Part shown: piece by piece, positions 38,707-49,049 of the stretch
Layout: each line of letters begins with the position of its first letter
Numbering within the stretch: position 1 is the stretch's first letter
NCBI GenBank assembly: GCA_009837085.1
Contig: VXUF01000158.1
Span: forward strand, 666-64,665
Source of the DNA: Holophagales bacterium
Lineage (GTDB): Bacteria; Acidobacteriota; Thermoanaerobaculia; Multivoradales; Multivoraceae
Direction of reading: 5' to 3'
DNA: 64,000 bases
Notes under the pieces: generated by a model
What the model was told of the DNA's origin: nothing
The model's input: the letters and a program-made list of their open reading frames with translations, nothing else
Database searches by the model: none
Position numbers and translations under genes: made by a program

Positions 38707-39849
38707 GTGCCCGGCAAAGACAAGGTCCTCCCGCACTCGAGCACGATGGCCCCTCCGGGCACATGGCTGCGCCTCCTCTGGGAGAACGGCGGCGCCCCGC
38801 CGGCCTACTGGGGCAAGGTGGCGCGGATCCTCATTCCGACGACGCTGGCTGCTCCTCTACGGATCTTCGAACGACTGCGCTGGGGCGGGGCCGTCGCCCG
38901 CGTGGAGATCGACAAACCGCCCGTCTTCGTGCTCGGCGTTGCCCGCAGCGGCACGACCCATCTGCTCAATCTGATGTCGCAGGATCCCCAGTACGCCTGG
39001 ATCTCGACCTTCCACGCCGCCGTGCCGACCTTCTTCCTCACCGGCCGTGGCCGGTTGAAGCGCCTCATGGCCGGACTCGCGCCGGCGACCCGGCCGATGG
39101 ACAACATGAAGGTGTCCATGGACATGCCGGTGGAGGAGGATCTGGCAGTCGCCAATGCGAGTCCTTTCTCTTCCCTCCATGCGCTCTCGTTCCCCCAGCG
39201 GGGAGAGTGGTACTTCAACAGGTACTGCTTCATGCGAGGCCTTTCGGCCAGGGATATGAAGCAGTGGGAGCGCGTCTACATGGAGGTGCTGCGCAAGGCG
39301 ACGCTGGATGCCGGCGGCCGGCGGCTGGTGCTCAAGAGTCCGGCCAACACCGGCCGGATACCTCATCTGTTGCGGCTCTTCCCGGACGCGCGGTTCATCC
39401 ACATCGTTCGCAATCCGTACGTGGTCTACGAATCCCTGGTGCACATGTTCCGTTCGGTCATACCGATGCACCAGCTTCAGTCGATCACCGAGGATGCTCT
39501 GCACGATCTCGCTCTCTTCCTCCTGCGGGAGACTCTGCGGCAGTACCTTGAGGACCGATCGTCCATCCCGAAGGGACAGCTTGTGGAGCTGCGTTTCGAA
39601 GATCTGGAGCGGAATCCGCTGTCGGAGCTCGAGGCCGTCTACGCAACGCTGGACCTGCCGGGCTGGGAGGCGGCGCGGGTCGGGATCGAGAGCTACCTGG
39701 GTGGAATTGCCGGCTATCAAAAGAACCGGCACGCAATCGATCCGTGCACGGTCGAACGCGTTCAGCGAGAGTGCCGCTTCGCACTGGACACATGGGAGTA
39801 CCTGCCGCCCGACGGTCCGTCGGCCGCGGTGTCCTGGGCGTCACGGTGA
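38707..39849 (+). CDS. PAPS-dependent sulfotransferase family protein
   Basis: GTG 38707 lies 6 nt after GAGGAGGAG. 5'-PSB loop VLGVARSGTTHLLNL and 3'-PB-like FIHIVRNPYVVYES. 380 aa. Confidence 0.8.
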   Translation: MPGKDKVLPHSSTMAPPGTWLRLLWENGGAPPAYWGKVARILIPTTLAAPLRIFERLRWGGAVARVEIDKPPVFVLGVARSGTTHLLNLMSQDPQYAWISTFHAAVPTFFLTGRGRLKRLMAGLAPATRPMDNMKVSMDMPVEEDLAVANASPFSSLHALSFPQRGEWYFNRYCFMRGLSARDMKQWERVYMEVLRKATLDAGGRRLVLKSPANTGRIPHLLRLFPDARFIHIVRNPYVVYESLVHMFRSVIPMHQLQSITEDALHDLALFLLRETLRQYLEDRSSIPKGQLVELRFEDLERNPLSELEAVYATLDLPGWEAARVGIESYLGGIAGYQKNRHAIDPCTVERVQRECRFALDTWEYLPPDGPSAAVSWASR

Positions 39850-39904
39850 GTTGTCGCGGTGCTCGTGCCTGCGCTCTACGCGATCCTGGACGATCTTCGC
39901 CCCT

Positions 39905-41800
39905 CTACCGGCGCTGTAGTCGCAAGCCGACGACAATCGTGCGGCCCGGCGTGACGAAGCCGGGGACCTCGAAGTAGTCCTCATCCAGGAGGTTCTCGAT
40001 CCGTACGAACGGTCTGAGCCACGACAGGCTGTAGCTCAGGTGGAGGTCGACCTTGGTGTAGTCGTCCATGACCGCCCCGTCCGAATCGGTCCGGTCGGAG
40101 ACAAAGGCGACCATGGCGGCCGCCGTGAAGCGGTCCGTCGGCTGTAACTGCGCGACTGCCGTCGTGCGGTTCTTCGGCCGCCTGGCCAGCGGATTGCCCG
40201 TGGCCTTGTCTTCCGTCCGGTTCCAGGTGTGCGAAAGCTCGATGCTCGTCGAAACGTCCGGCCGGTAGCGCAGGGTGAACTCCGCGCCGCTCGAGCTGGC
40301 CTGAGCCACGTTGCCGAAGGTGAAGCTGGTCAGATCGAACTCGATCAGTTGATCGAAGTCGATGTCGAACCAGGTCAGATCGAGGGTCACGCCCGAATCG
40401 CCCAGCCGCTGCTGCAGGCCGACGTCGAAGCCTTCCGTGGTCTCCGGCAGCAAGTTCGGGTCGCCGGAGAAGGGAAAGTAGAGCTCGTTGAAGTTGGGCG
40501 CCCGGAACGCCGTGCCGTAGCTGCCGTGGACGCGGCCGCGGCCATCGCTCCAGCCGCCTGAGACGGTGACCCGATGACTTGTCTCGGACCCGAACGCCGA
40601 GTGCTCGTCGCCTCGCAGCGCGGCGGTCACGTGAACATCGTCCGTAATCGACCACTGGTCCTGCACGAACCACGAGTCCAGGTCGGCCTCCTCGTCAAAC
40701 GTGCCGACACTCGCCCCCCGCCGGTTCTCCGTCCCGAGACCCAGATTCAGCACGTTGCTCGTGCCCAGCGTGATGTCGGACTGCAGGTCGATCTGCCGGA
40801 TCTCGGAACGGATCTCGTAGTTGTTCCAGATCGTGTCCGGGTCGGTCCCGAGCAGGGCCGCATCGGTCCGGCCGATGCGCACGGTCTGTCGCCAGAACGA
40901 ACCCAGGCCCTTCTCCACCGTCAGAGAGATCGTGTCCTCGTCCTGGGCGGCCATCGCGTTCAGATCCTCGAGGCCGAATCCGTCCACCGCGGTGTCGCCG
41001 CGGTAGGAACGAGCACGCAGGTCGATCCGGCCGTCACCCGCGAAAGCGGCGCCGAGGCGGGTACTCAAGGTCTGGTTCTCGTACGGATCGTCTTCGACCG
41101 CACCGCCCTCGATCGCGCGGTGGGACACGCCGTCGGTGCTCAGGTCGACCGCTGAAACGCTGACGTCCCAACGGTCGGTCGCGCCCAGGAGGCCCAGCTC
41201 GAACCGACGATGATCGTGGGTCCCGGTCTCACCGGTCCCGCTCAGCCGCCATCCCTTCATGCCGCGGCCAGTCGTGATGCTGACGACCCCCGTCATCGCC
41301 TCCGAACCGTATGTCGCCTGCGGGCCGCGAAGCACCTCAATGCGCTCGATGTTGGCCGCCAGCAGGTGCGCGAAGTCGACCGTGCCGCCGGTGACCGAGT
41401 TGACCCGCACGCCGTCGACGAGGACCAGCGCCTGCGCTCCGGAGCCGCCGCGCACCCGGACCGTGGCGATCTTGCCGGGACCTCCGGCGTGAGTCACTTC
41501 CGTGCCGGGAACCGTGCGGAGCAGGTCGAGCACGGCCACCGGATTGCGCCGTTCGATCTCTTCGGCCTCGATCACCGTGACCGCGCTGCCGACCTCCGAC
41601 GCCGGTACCTCGTAGCGGTTGGCGCTGACGACGATCTCCTCCGCGACGGTGTCTGGCTCGGCGCCAGCTTCCTCGTCCTGGCTGCCGGCTACCGGCGCCA
41701 CCAGCAGGACGGTCGCCGCGGCGTGCAGCCACGGCAGGTGCGGGCGGCGTCGGGCGGCGCCCCGGGGACGTGGTACGTCGAGACTTCTCTTGTCGTTCAT
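39905..41800 (-). CDS. btuB: TonB-dependent receptor, vitamin B12 transporter BtuB-like
   Basis: Signal peptide. Plug region EEIVVSANRYEV...LLRTVPGTEV...VRVRGGSGAQALVLVDGVRVNS. 631 aa. A cobalamin riboswitch sits in its 5' leader. Confidence 0.85.
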   Translation of the reverse strand: MNDKRSLDVPRPRGAARRRPHLPWLHAAATVLLVAPVAGSQDEEAGAEPDTVAEEIVVSANRYEVPASEVGSAVTVIEAEEIERRNPVAVLDLLRTVPGTEVTHAGGPGKIATVRVRGGSGAQALVLVDGVRVNSVTGGTVDFAHLLAANIERIEVLRGPQATYGSEAMTGVVSITTGRGMKGWRLSGTGETGTHDHRRFELGLLGATDRWDVSVSAVDLSTDGVSHRAIEGGAVEDDPYENQTLSTRLGAAFAGDGRIDLRARSYRGDTAVDGFGLEDLNAMAAQDEDTISLTVEKGLGSFWRQTVRIGRTDAALLGTDPDTIWNNYEIRSEIRQIDLQSDITLGTSNVLNLGLGTENRRGASVGTFDEEADLDSWFVQDQWSITDDVHVTAALRGDEHSAFGSETSHRVTVSGGWSDGRGRVHGSYGTAFRAPNFNELYFPFSGDPNLLPETTEGFDVGLQQRLGDSGVTLDLTWFDIDFDQLIEFDLTSFTFGNVAQASSSGAEFTLRYRPDVSTSIELSHTWNRTEDKATGNPLARRPKNRTTAVAQLQPTDRFTAAAMVAFVSDRTDSDGAVMDDYTKVDLHLSYSLSWLRPFVRIENLLDEDYFEVPGFVTPGRTIVVGLRLQRR

Positions 41801-41871
41801 TCGGGCCTTCCTCCCCCTCGGGATTCTTCTCCGGGCGACCCTTCCGGGGCCGGTGGAGCGTTGTGTGCCTC

Positions 41872-42020
41872 GGCAGACAGCCAGGTCTCCTGGCTTACCT
41901 TCGTCCTACTGGCCGGCCCTTCCCATCCCGCTGGCGGGACAGTGGTTAACGCCGGCTTTCGTCCGGATCACAGTCGCGGGGCGGTGGGAGAGTCTCACTC
42001 CCTTCCCTTGAACTGCCTGC
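41872..42020 (-). promoter_or_regulatory. Cobalamin (B12) riboswitch aptamer in the btuB leader
   Basis: The minus strand reads GGCAG UUCAAGGGAAGGGAGUGAGACUCUCCCACCGCCCCGCGACUGUGA ... ACCACUGUCCCGCCAGCGGGAUGGGAAGG ... GUAAGCCAGGAGACCUGGCUGUCUGCC. This shows the conserved AAGGGAA / GCCACUG-like / GGGAAGG blocks and a B12-box-like AGCCAGGAGACCUGGC, closed by the helix GGCAG...CUGCC. Confidence 0.85.
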
Positions 42021-42126
42021 GTTCGATGTGTGCTCAGACTCTTGCTGCGGTGATCCTCGTCACGTTGAAGAACCGGGCTGCGAACCGCCACCCTAGCAGC
42101 CCCGCGATGCGGCCTACAATCACGCG

Positions 42127-45100
42127 ATGCAAAACGCGACGGGTGAGCAGCTCTCCCTGCTGATGGACGAGCCTGACGCCACGTTTCGCGTCCACGCCTC
42201 GCACCGCCTGGAGACGCTGGCGGAACGACTCGCCGATGAGATGCGGCGGGATCCCGCGAAACCGCTCGAGCCGGAACGGATCGTCGTGCCGGACGCCCTG
42301 CTCGGGCAATGGCTGCGGCTGGAACTCGCCACCCATCTCGGTGTCGCCGCGCACCTGCGGGTCGAGCAACCGGCCCGGTTCGCCTGGGCCGCGATGCGCG
42401 AAGAGGTCGCCGAACTGACCGGAGAGTCGGTCTACGGGCCGACCCACCTCCGCTGGCGGATCTTCGACCTGCTCGCGGACTGGACCGGCGACGACGAGAT
42501 CGCGCGCTACCTCGAGGACGGGGACGAACGCAAGCGCTTCGAACTCGCCGACCAGCTCGCCGTCGCCTACGACCGTTGCCGCGTCTACCGGCCGGACGCC
42601 ATCAGAGAGTGGCAACAGGGCGGCGGGCGCGGCTGGCATGCGCAGTTGTGGCGGGAACTGGCGCCGGCCGCGCCCGGCGCCGAACACTGGGTCGACGCCA
42701 TCGACCGCTACCGGGGCCGGCTGGAGGGGCGGCCGCGGCCGGCCGCGTCGAGAAAGCGCGTCAGCTTCTTCCACGCCGCCTCGCTGTCGCCCACCTACGT
42801 TGAAGTGCTGCGCCTCGCCGCCCGGGTGATGGACATCCACCTCTACCTGCTCAGTCCAAGCCGCGACTTCTGGGGAAGGCCGCCGGGCGCGGAGGACGGC
42901 GAACGATCCAGCGAACTGCTCGATGCCTGGGGCCGGTCGGCGCGCGAACTCCGCGACCTGCTCGGGGCCCAACCGGACGCGTTCGCCGTCGTCGATCACC
43001 CCCGCGCCAGCGACCTGCCGGACCGAGCGACCTGCCTGGCCGCGGTTCAGGAGAGCATTCTCGATGTCGATCCGGAGGCGGCGCCGGTGCGACGCGAGCC
43101 GACGGAACCGGACGACTCGATCCAGATCCACGTCTGCCACTCTCCGACCCGCGAAGTCGAGGTGCTGCACGACCGTCTGCTGGGCCTGTTCGCCGCCTAC
43201 TCCGACATTCAGCCTGCGGACGTGCTGGTGCTGACGCCTGACCTCGACACCTACGCGCCCCTGGTCGAGGCGGTGTTCGGCTCGGCCGGCCGCATCGGCT
43301 TCAGCATCGGACGGCGCCGCCTCAAGGAGGGCGCCGCCCTGGCCGCCTTTCTCGACCTCCTGAAGCTGCCCGGCTCCCGCTATACGGCGAACGACGTGCT
43401 GGCGCCGCTGCTCGCGGAACCGGTGCGCGCGCGCTTCGGCATCACGGACACCGATCTCGCCACGATCCGGGGCGCTATGGCAATGGCCAGGATCCGCTGG
43501 GGACGAAGCGGCGAGCACCTCACCGAAACCGGCGTGCCGGCCTCCCCGCACCACAACTGGCGCCGCGGTCTGGACCGGCTCCTGCTCGGCTACGCAATGC
43601 AGGAAGGCGACATGCTCGTCGGAGACATCGCGCCCAGCGCGCTCAACCGCTGGGGCCAGCACGCCGGCGCCGGCGACTACGAACTGCTCGGCCGCTTCCA
43701 CCGCTACTGCGAACTCGCCTTCGCGCTGAACGGCTGGACCGGGGTCGAGCACGACGCCAGCGCGTGGGCGAACCGCCTGCGGACCGACCTCCTGGACGGG
43801 TTCTTCGTTGGCGACTTTCGGGCCGGGCCCGAAGCCGCCCGCGAAGTGAACACCGTGGCCCGCTTGATCGACGAGTTCGCCGCCGAGTGCGAACGGGCCG
43901 GCAACACGGGACCCATCCCGTTCCCCGTGCTGCGCGACGTGCTGGACGACATGGCCGAACAGGCAGTCCGCTCGGCGCCGAGGCTGGCCGACGGCGTCGC
44001 GGTCGCGGATCTCAAGTCCGGTCAGGTCTTCCCCGCCAGGGTGATCTGCGCCATCGGCATGAACGACGGCGCCTTCCCGCGACGCCCGCGGCCCGCGCAG
44101 TTCGACTTCCAGGCCGAGCTCTTCGAGGGCGAGGAGCGGCGGCCCGGTGACCGCGACCGCCGCAACGAGGACCGGTTCGCCTTCCTCGAAGCCCTGCTCG
44201 CGGCCCGAGAGCACTTCGTGCTGACGTACACCGGACGCGACCTCCAGGAGGACAGGCCGATCCCGTCTTCCGCCGTCGTGAGCGAACTGGAGGAGCACCT
44301 GGAGCAGTCCTTCCCGCACCTCCGGCGAGAAGCTGATGGCTGGGCCGTGAAGCACCCGTTGCAGCCGTTCAGCCCCAAGTACTTCGAGCCCGACAGGACC
44401 GCCCTGTTCAGCTATTCGGAGTCGATGCTGAAGGCGGCCGAGGCGCTTCGCGCGAGCGGCGAAGGCCCCGACCGCTTCGCCGGCGAACTTCCCGTGGAGC
44501 TTCGCGACGAGCCGGTCGAACTCGAACTGGAGGATCTCGTCCGTTTCGCCGCCAGTCCATCGCAGGACTTTCTCCGGAAGCGCCTGGACATGCTCCGGGC
44601 CGTCCGCGAAGAGGACGTGGCGTCCGACGAGCCGCTCGACCTGAACAACCTGGAGGCCTGGCAACTGAAGAGCGATCTGGCGGGAATCGGGGAGCAGAGC
44701 GACGACCTGAGGATCAAGCTGGCCGCGGCCCGGGGCCTGCTGCCGCCCCGGAACCTCGGCCTCGTCCAGCACCGGCAGTCCGCCGCCCAGCTCGCGGAGC
44801 TGATGAAGGAGCTACAGCCCTTCGAGCGGCACGAAGAGGCGCCCCCTCACCGGGTCGAGGTCGCGTTCGGGAACGTCCGCCTGGTCGGGGCGGTCGAGAA
44901 GTTCGACGAGGGAACGAACGAACTGCTCTTCTGGCGCATCGGGAGCCTCCGCGCGAAGTACCGTGTCGGCGTCTGGCTGCGACTGCTGGCGCTCATCGCC
45001 AGCCGGCGGGAGCCGGCGACCGCTCACCTCGTCGGCGGCAACAGGGACCAGGTCGAACGCATCCGGCTCAACGGGCCCGAACCGGACGGCGCCAGGTTGC

Positions 45101-45351
45101 TGCTCGCCGATTGGGTCGACGTCTGGCGCGAGAGCCAGCGCTGGCCCCTGCCGTTCTTCGCCGAGACGTCATGGGCATGGACGGCGAAGCGGACCTGGAG
45201 CAGCAATGTCGAGTATGCGTGGTCCGACCGACCGTGGAGCGAAGGCAACGACGCCCGCCACCGCCTGATCTTCGGCGGCGACCCGGGGGACGACGACTTC
45301 GAGCGCCTCGCCGAACGGCTGCTCCGTCCCTTGCGGGAAGCAACCGCATGA
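42127..45351 (+). CDS. recC: Exodeoxyribonuclease V gamma subunit RecC
   Basis: 1074 aa, first gene of a recC-recB-recD array coupled by ATGA overlaps. The N-terminus FRVHASHRLETLAERLA is typical of RecC. Confidence 0.85.
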   Translation: MQNATGEQLSLLMDEPDATFRVHASHRLETLAERLADEMRRDPAKPLEPERIVVPDALLGQWLRLELATHLGVAAHLRVEQPARFAWAAMREEVAELTGESVYGPTHLRWRIFDLLADWTGDDEIARYLEDGDERKRFELADQLAVAYDRCRVYRPDAIREWQQGGGRGWHAQLWRELAPAAPGAEHWVDAIDRYRGRLEGRPRPAASRKRVSFFHAASLSPTYVEVLRLAARVMDIHLYLLSPSRDFWGRPPGAEDGERSSELLDAWGRSARELRDLLGAQPDAFAVVDHPRASDLPDRATCLAAVQESILDVDPEAAPVRREPTEPDDSIQIHVCHSPTREVEVLHDRLLGLFAAYSDIQPADVLVLTPDLDTYAPLVEAVFGSAGRIGFSIGRRRLKEGAALAAFLDLLKLPGSRYTANDVLAPLLAEPVRARFGITDTDLATIRGAMAMARIRWGRSGEHLTETGVPASPHHNWRRGLDRLLLGYAMQEGDMLVGDIAPSALNRWGQHAGAGDYELLGRFHRYCELAFALNGWTGVEHDASAWANRLRTDLLDGFFVGDFRAGPEAAREVNTVARLIDEFAAECERAGNTGPIPFPVLRDVLDDMAEQAVRSAPRLADGVAVADLKSGQVFPARVICAIGMNDGAFPRRPRPAQFDFQAELFEGEERRPGDRDRRNEDRFAFLEALLAAREHFVLTYTGRDLQEDRPIPSSAVVSELEEHLEQSFPHLRREADGWAVKHPLQPFSPKYFEPDRTALFSYSESMLKAAEALRASGEGPDRFAGELPVELRDEPVELELEDLVRFAASPSQDFLRKRLDMLRAVREEDVASDEPLDLNNLEAWQLKSDLAGIGEQSDDLRIKLAAARGLLPPRNLGLVQHRQSAAQLAELMKELQPFERHEEAPPHRVEVAFGNVRLVGAVEKFDEGTNELLFWRIGSLRAKYRVGVWLRLLALIASRREPATAHLVGGNRDQVERIRLNGPEPDGARLLLADWVDVWRESQRWPLPFFAETSWAWTAKRTWSSNVEYAWSDRPWSEGNDARHRLIFGGDPGDDDFERLAERLLRPLREATA

Positions 45352-48300
45352 CCGTGAACACCGAGCGCGGCGACGCCTTCAACCGGCCCCTCGACGCCGA
45401 CCTGCTGATCGAGGCGAGCGCCGGGACGGGAAAGACGTACGCCCTGACCACACTGGTGGCCCGCCTGATCGTCGAAGAGGATCTCCGCATCGACCGGCTC
45501 CTGATCGTGACCTTCACGATCTCTGCCGCCGGCGAACTGCGAACGCGCGTGCGCCAGCTCCTCCAGGGGGCTCGACGAGCAGCCTCCGGCGCCGGAGTGG
45601 ACGCCGACTCCCAGGCCGGCAAGCTGTGGCGGCGCTGGCTGCGGTGCGGGATCCGCGACGCCGAAGCGCTGGAGCGCCTCACCCGCGCCGTTCGCGATCT
45701 CGACCGGGCCAACATCACGACGATCCACGGCTTCTGCCAGCGCACCCTCGTCGAGTTCGCGCTCCATGCCGGCACTCCCTTCTCGTTCGAGGTCAGCGGA
45801 GACGACGCTCTGGCGGTCGGCGATGCCACGCGCGACTTCTGGCGCCGCGGGATGGTCGGAGAACCCATCGCGTTGCTCGAGTACGCGAAGTCGAAGAGGT
45901 TCGTCCAGAACGAAGACACGACCACCTGGGTCGCCGGCCATCACGCCAGGGCTCAGGACATCCGGGGCGTCTGCTCGCCGGAAGAGTTGCCCGGCGTCCT
46001 GGAGTCGAAGCGGGAGAAGTGGCTGGAAGCGGTCCGCGCCGCCCGGAACGCATGGTCCGACCCCGCGCAGAAGCGGGCGTTTCTGGAGGTCGCCGATCCG
46101 AACCGGTGGAAGAAGACGGGGAGGCCGAAGGACCTGGGCGTGCGCGCCAGGACGATCATCGAGGCGTTCGATGCCGGCGTCCCGGAGGAGCTCGCACCGG
46201 ACAGCGTCGGCACCTTCGGCACAACGGCCCTGAAGAAGGGTCTGCCCGTCAACAATCCGCCGCCATCCGTTCCTCTCTTCCACTGCTTCGACCGCGTCGC
46301 CGAGGCGGGGAAGGAGTACGGCGACCTCTGGCTCGCCAGTCGGCGCAGCAGCCTCCTCGAGGACGCGAGGCGGTCCCTGGGGCACGCCACCGAAGTCGAC
46401 CGCAGCCTGAGCTTCGACGCCCTGCTCGTCGAGTTGCACCGCGCGCTCGTCGGGGCCGGGGGAACCGAACTCGCCCGCCGGATCCGATCCCGGTACCCCG
46501 TCGCCCTGATCGACGAGTTCCAGGACACCGACCGCCTGCAGGCGCGGATCTTCGAGACGATCTATCCGGCCGGCGCCGGCGAGGCCGACGACCTCGGCGG
46601 ACGGCTCTTCGTCGTCGGCGACAAGAAGCAGTCCATCTACCGCTTCCGCGGCGCGGACGTCTTCGCCTACCTGGAAGCCCAGAAGCGTCCGGGCGCGTCG
46701 GGCGAGCCGCTGACCCTGGAACACAACTTCCGCTCCACGCCCGAACTCATCCGCGCCGTCAATGAGCTCTTCGCGCGGCCGCGGCCGTTCCTCCTCGCCG
46801 ACTTCCCGTTCCCTCGGGCGGCGCCGGCCGACCGGGAGCGCGCGGAACTCGTCGTCCAGGACGAAGAGGACGACAGGGCCCCGTTCCAGCTCGTGCTGAT
46901 CCCCGGGACGGGAGGCAGAGGCCGCAGCAAGCCGGCACTGACGACCCTCGCCGCGGAACTCGCCGCACGCGACATCGCGCGGCTGATCGCCCTGGGGAAG
47001 GAAGGCCGGGCGACACTGGCCGGCGGCGACCGGTCCGCGCCCCTGGCCGCCCGCGACATCGCCGTGCTCGTCCGCACGCGCGACCAGGGAAAGGAGGTGG
47101 CGGCCGCGCTGCGCCGGCTCGGGATCGGCAGCGTCGAGATGGGCACGGACAACATCTTTCAGTCCGAGGAGGCGGGCAGCCTCCATCGTCTCCTCCACGC
47201 CCTCTGCCTGGACGAATCGGAGGTCAACGCCACGCAACTGCTCCGCGGGGCCCTGGCCGCCGACCTGTTCGGCCTCGACATGCGGGCGCTTGCCGCGCTG
47301 CGCGACGATGACGACACCTGGAGCGAATGGCGGGGTCTTGCCCGCGAGTGGGCCGAGAACTGGCAGGAACACGGCATCGCCACGCTGATGCGCCGCATCC
47401 TCTTCGCCGGCGACCGGACCGACTGCTCGGCGAACCTGCTCGCCTACCCAAACGGTCCGCGGCGGTTGACGAACTACCTGCACCTCACCGACCTGCTCCA
47501 CGAGGCCGAGGTGCGCCGGCGGCCTTCGCGCCAGGGCCTCCTCGACTGGTTCAGGCAGGCCAGAACGGACGCGCAGGGTACCGACGAAACCGCCCAGCTT
47601 CGCCTCGAGAGCGACGAGAACCTCGTCAAGATCGTCACCGCGCACCGGGCCAAGGGGCTCGAGTTCCCGGTCGTCTTCTACCCGTTCGCCTGGGACGGCC
47701 GCAGACCGCCTTCAGGCGGGCAGCGGCAGCCGACGGCCGAGTACTACGACGCCAGGCGCAAGACGCCGGTGCTCGATCTCCGCCCGTCGGACGACGCCTA
47801 CGACCGCGAGCACATCGAAGAGCACGCCGACGAACTGCGACTGCTCTATGTGGCGCTGACGCGGGCCGAGCACCGCTGCGTGGTGACCTGGTCGCCCGAC
47901 GGCCAGGCCGAACACGCGCCGCTGTCCTGGCTCCTCCACGGCCGGGAAGGCAGCGACGACGACGCGACCGCCGCCCAGGACCTGAAGGACCACGCCGCCC
48001 GGGTGCACGGGCTCGGCGCGGGCGAGTGGTATGCGGAGGTCGAGGCCTTCGCGAACCGCGCGCCCGAAGCCGTCTCGTTGCGGTTGATCGACGACGAGGA
48101 GGCCGAAGCCGCCGAGCCCGCCGCCGGAGACGAACAGGCCGTACCCCTCGAGGTCCGCAAGCTCGAACGCCCGCTTGAACGGATCCGCCAGCGAACCAGC
48201 TACTCCGCCCTGTCGGCCGGCGCCGGCGGCTTCGTCCGCGACCGCGACGAGGTCGACCTCCCGGACAGCGAGGACGCGGCCGTCGAAGAGGAGGCGCCCG

Positions 48301-49049
48301 CCAGCGCGTCCGCACCGGAAGAAGAGGGTCCAACCGTCTTCACCTTCCCCGCCGGCGGCCGCTCCGGCCGGTGCCTTCACCACGTCTACGAACGGCATCT
48401 GGGCGATCCGGAAGCCGGGAGCCTCGAGCGGACGTGCGAAGCAGCGCTCATCCGCTACGGCTTCCAGGACAAGTGGCTGCAGGCCGTCCGGACGCTGGTC
48501 GAGAACGGCCTCGAAACGCCGCTTGCGCCCCCAGGCGAGGCCGGCAGCGTCTTCCGGCTCTCCGATCTCCAGCAGCCGATCGTCGAGATGGAGTTCCACC
48601 TGCCTCTCGGCAAGCTCCGGCGCGAGCAACTCGCGCGGTGCCTGGAAGAGCACGGCTACGAGCACCGGCTCGCCGCGGACGACGGTCAGATCGACGGCTT
48701 CCTGCACGGCTTCATCGATCTGGTGGCGCGGCACGACGGCCGCTGGTACGTCATCGACTACAAGTCGAACTGGCTCGGTCCGGACCTGGCCTCGTACTCG
48801 AAGGAGGCGATCGCGGAGTCGATGCGCCACCACGGCTACCACCTCCAGTACCTGCTGTACCTCGCCGCCCTGCACCGCCTGCTGGCGCTGCGGCTCCCCG
48901 ACTACGACTACGACCGCCACATCGGCGGCGCCTTCTACCTGTTCCTGCGCGGCATGAGACCAAACGCGCCAGGCAGCAGCGTCTTCCACGACCGTCCGTC
49001 CCGCGCCTGCATCGAAGCGATCAACGCCTGCTTCGGCGAAGCGCCATGA
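45348..49049 (+). CDS. recB: Exodeoxyribonuclease V beta subunit RecB (UvrD-like helicase + PD-(D/E)xK nuclease)
   Basis: ATG 45348 overlaps the recC stop. Walker A EASAGTGKTYAL, IDEFQDTD, and C-terminal nuclease motifs GFIDLV...IDYKSN. 1233 aa. Confidence 0.92.
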   Translation: MTVNTERGDAFNRPLDADLLIEASAGTGKTYALTTLVARLIVEEDLRIDRLLIVTFTISAAGELRTRVRQLLQGARRAASGAGVDADSQAGKLWRRWLRCGIRDAEALERLTRAVRDLDRANITTIHGFCQRTLVEFALHAGTPFSFEVSGDDALAVGDATRDFWRRGMVGEPIALLEYAKSKRFVQNEDTTTWVAGHHARAQDIRGVCSPEELPGVLESKREKWLEAVRAARNAWSDPAQKRAFLEVADPNRWKKTGRPKDLGVRARTIIEAFDAGVPEELAPDSVGTFGTTALKKGLPVNNPPPSVPLFHCFDRVAEAGKEYGDLWLASRRSSLLEDARRSLGHATEVDRSLSFDALLVELHRALVGAGGTELARRIRSRYPVALIDEFQDTDRLQARIFETIYPAGAGEADDLGGRLFVVGDKKQSIYRFRGADVFAYLEAQKRPGASGEPLTLEHNFRSTPELIRAVNELFARPRPFLLADFPFPRAAPADRERAELVVQDEEDDRAPFQLVLIPGTGGRGRSKPALTTLAAELAARDIARLIALGKEGRATLAGGDRSAPLAARDIAVLVRTRDQGKEVAAALRRLGIGSVEMGTDNIFQSEEAGSLHRLLHALCLDESEVNATQLLRGALAADLFGLDMRALAALRDDDDTWSEWRGLAREWAENWQEHGIATLMRRILFAGDRTDCSANLLAYPNGPRRLTNYLHLTDLLHEAEVRRRPSRQGLLDWFRQARTDAQGTDETAQLRLESDENLVKIVTAHRAKGLEFPVVFYPFAWDGRRPPSGGQRQPTAEYYDARRKTPVLDLRPSDDAYDREHIEEHADELRLLYVALTRAEHRCVVTWSPDGQAEHAPLSWLLHGREGSDDDATAAQDLKDHAARVHGLGAGEWYAEVEAFANRAPEAVSLRLIDDEEAEAAEPAAGDEQAVPLEVRKLERPLERIRQRTSYSALSAGAGGFVRDRDEVDLPDSEDAAVEEEAPASASAPEEEGPTVFTFPAGGRSGRCLHHVYERHLGDPEAGSLERTCEAALIRYGFQDKWLQAVRTLVENGLETPLAPPGEAGSVFRLSDLQQPIVEMEFHLPLGKLRREQLARCLEEHGYEHRLAADDGQIDGFLHGFIDLVARHDGRWYVIDYKSNWLGPDLASYSKEAIAESMRHHGYHLQYLLYLAALHRLLALRLPDYDYDRHIGGAFYLFLRGMRPNAPGSSVFHDRPSRACIEAINACFGEAP

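Noticed and set aside
39905-41800. BtuB-like receptor ends ...GLRLQRR instead of the usual C-terminal aromatic residue
   Set aside because: This may reflect family variation or a slightly wrong stop context. The rest of the barrel and the riboswitch are standard, and nothing can be concluded from sequence alone.
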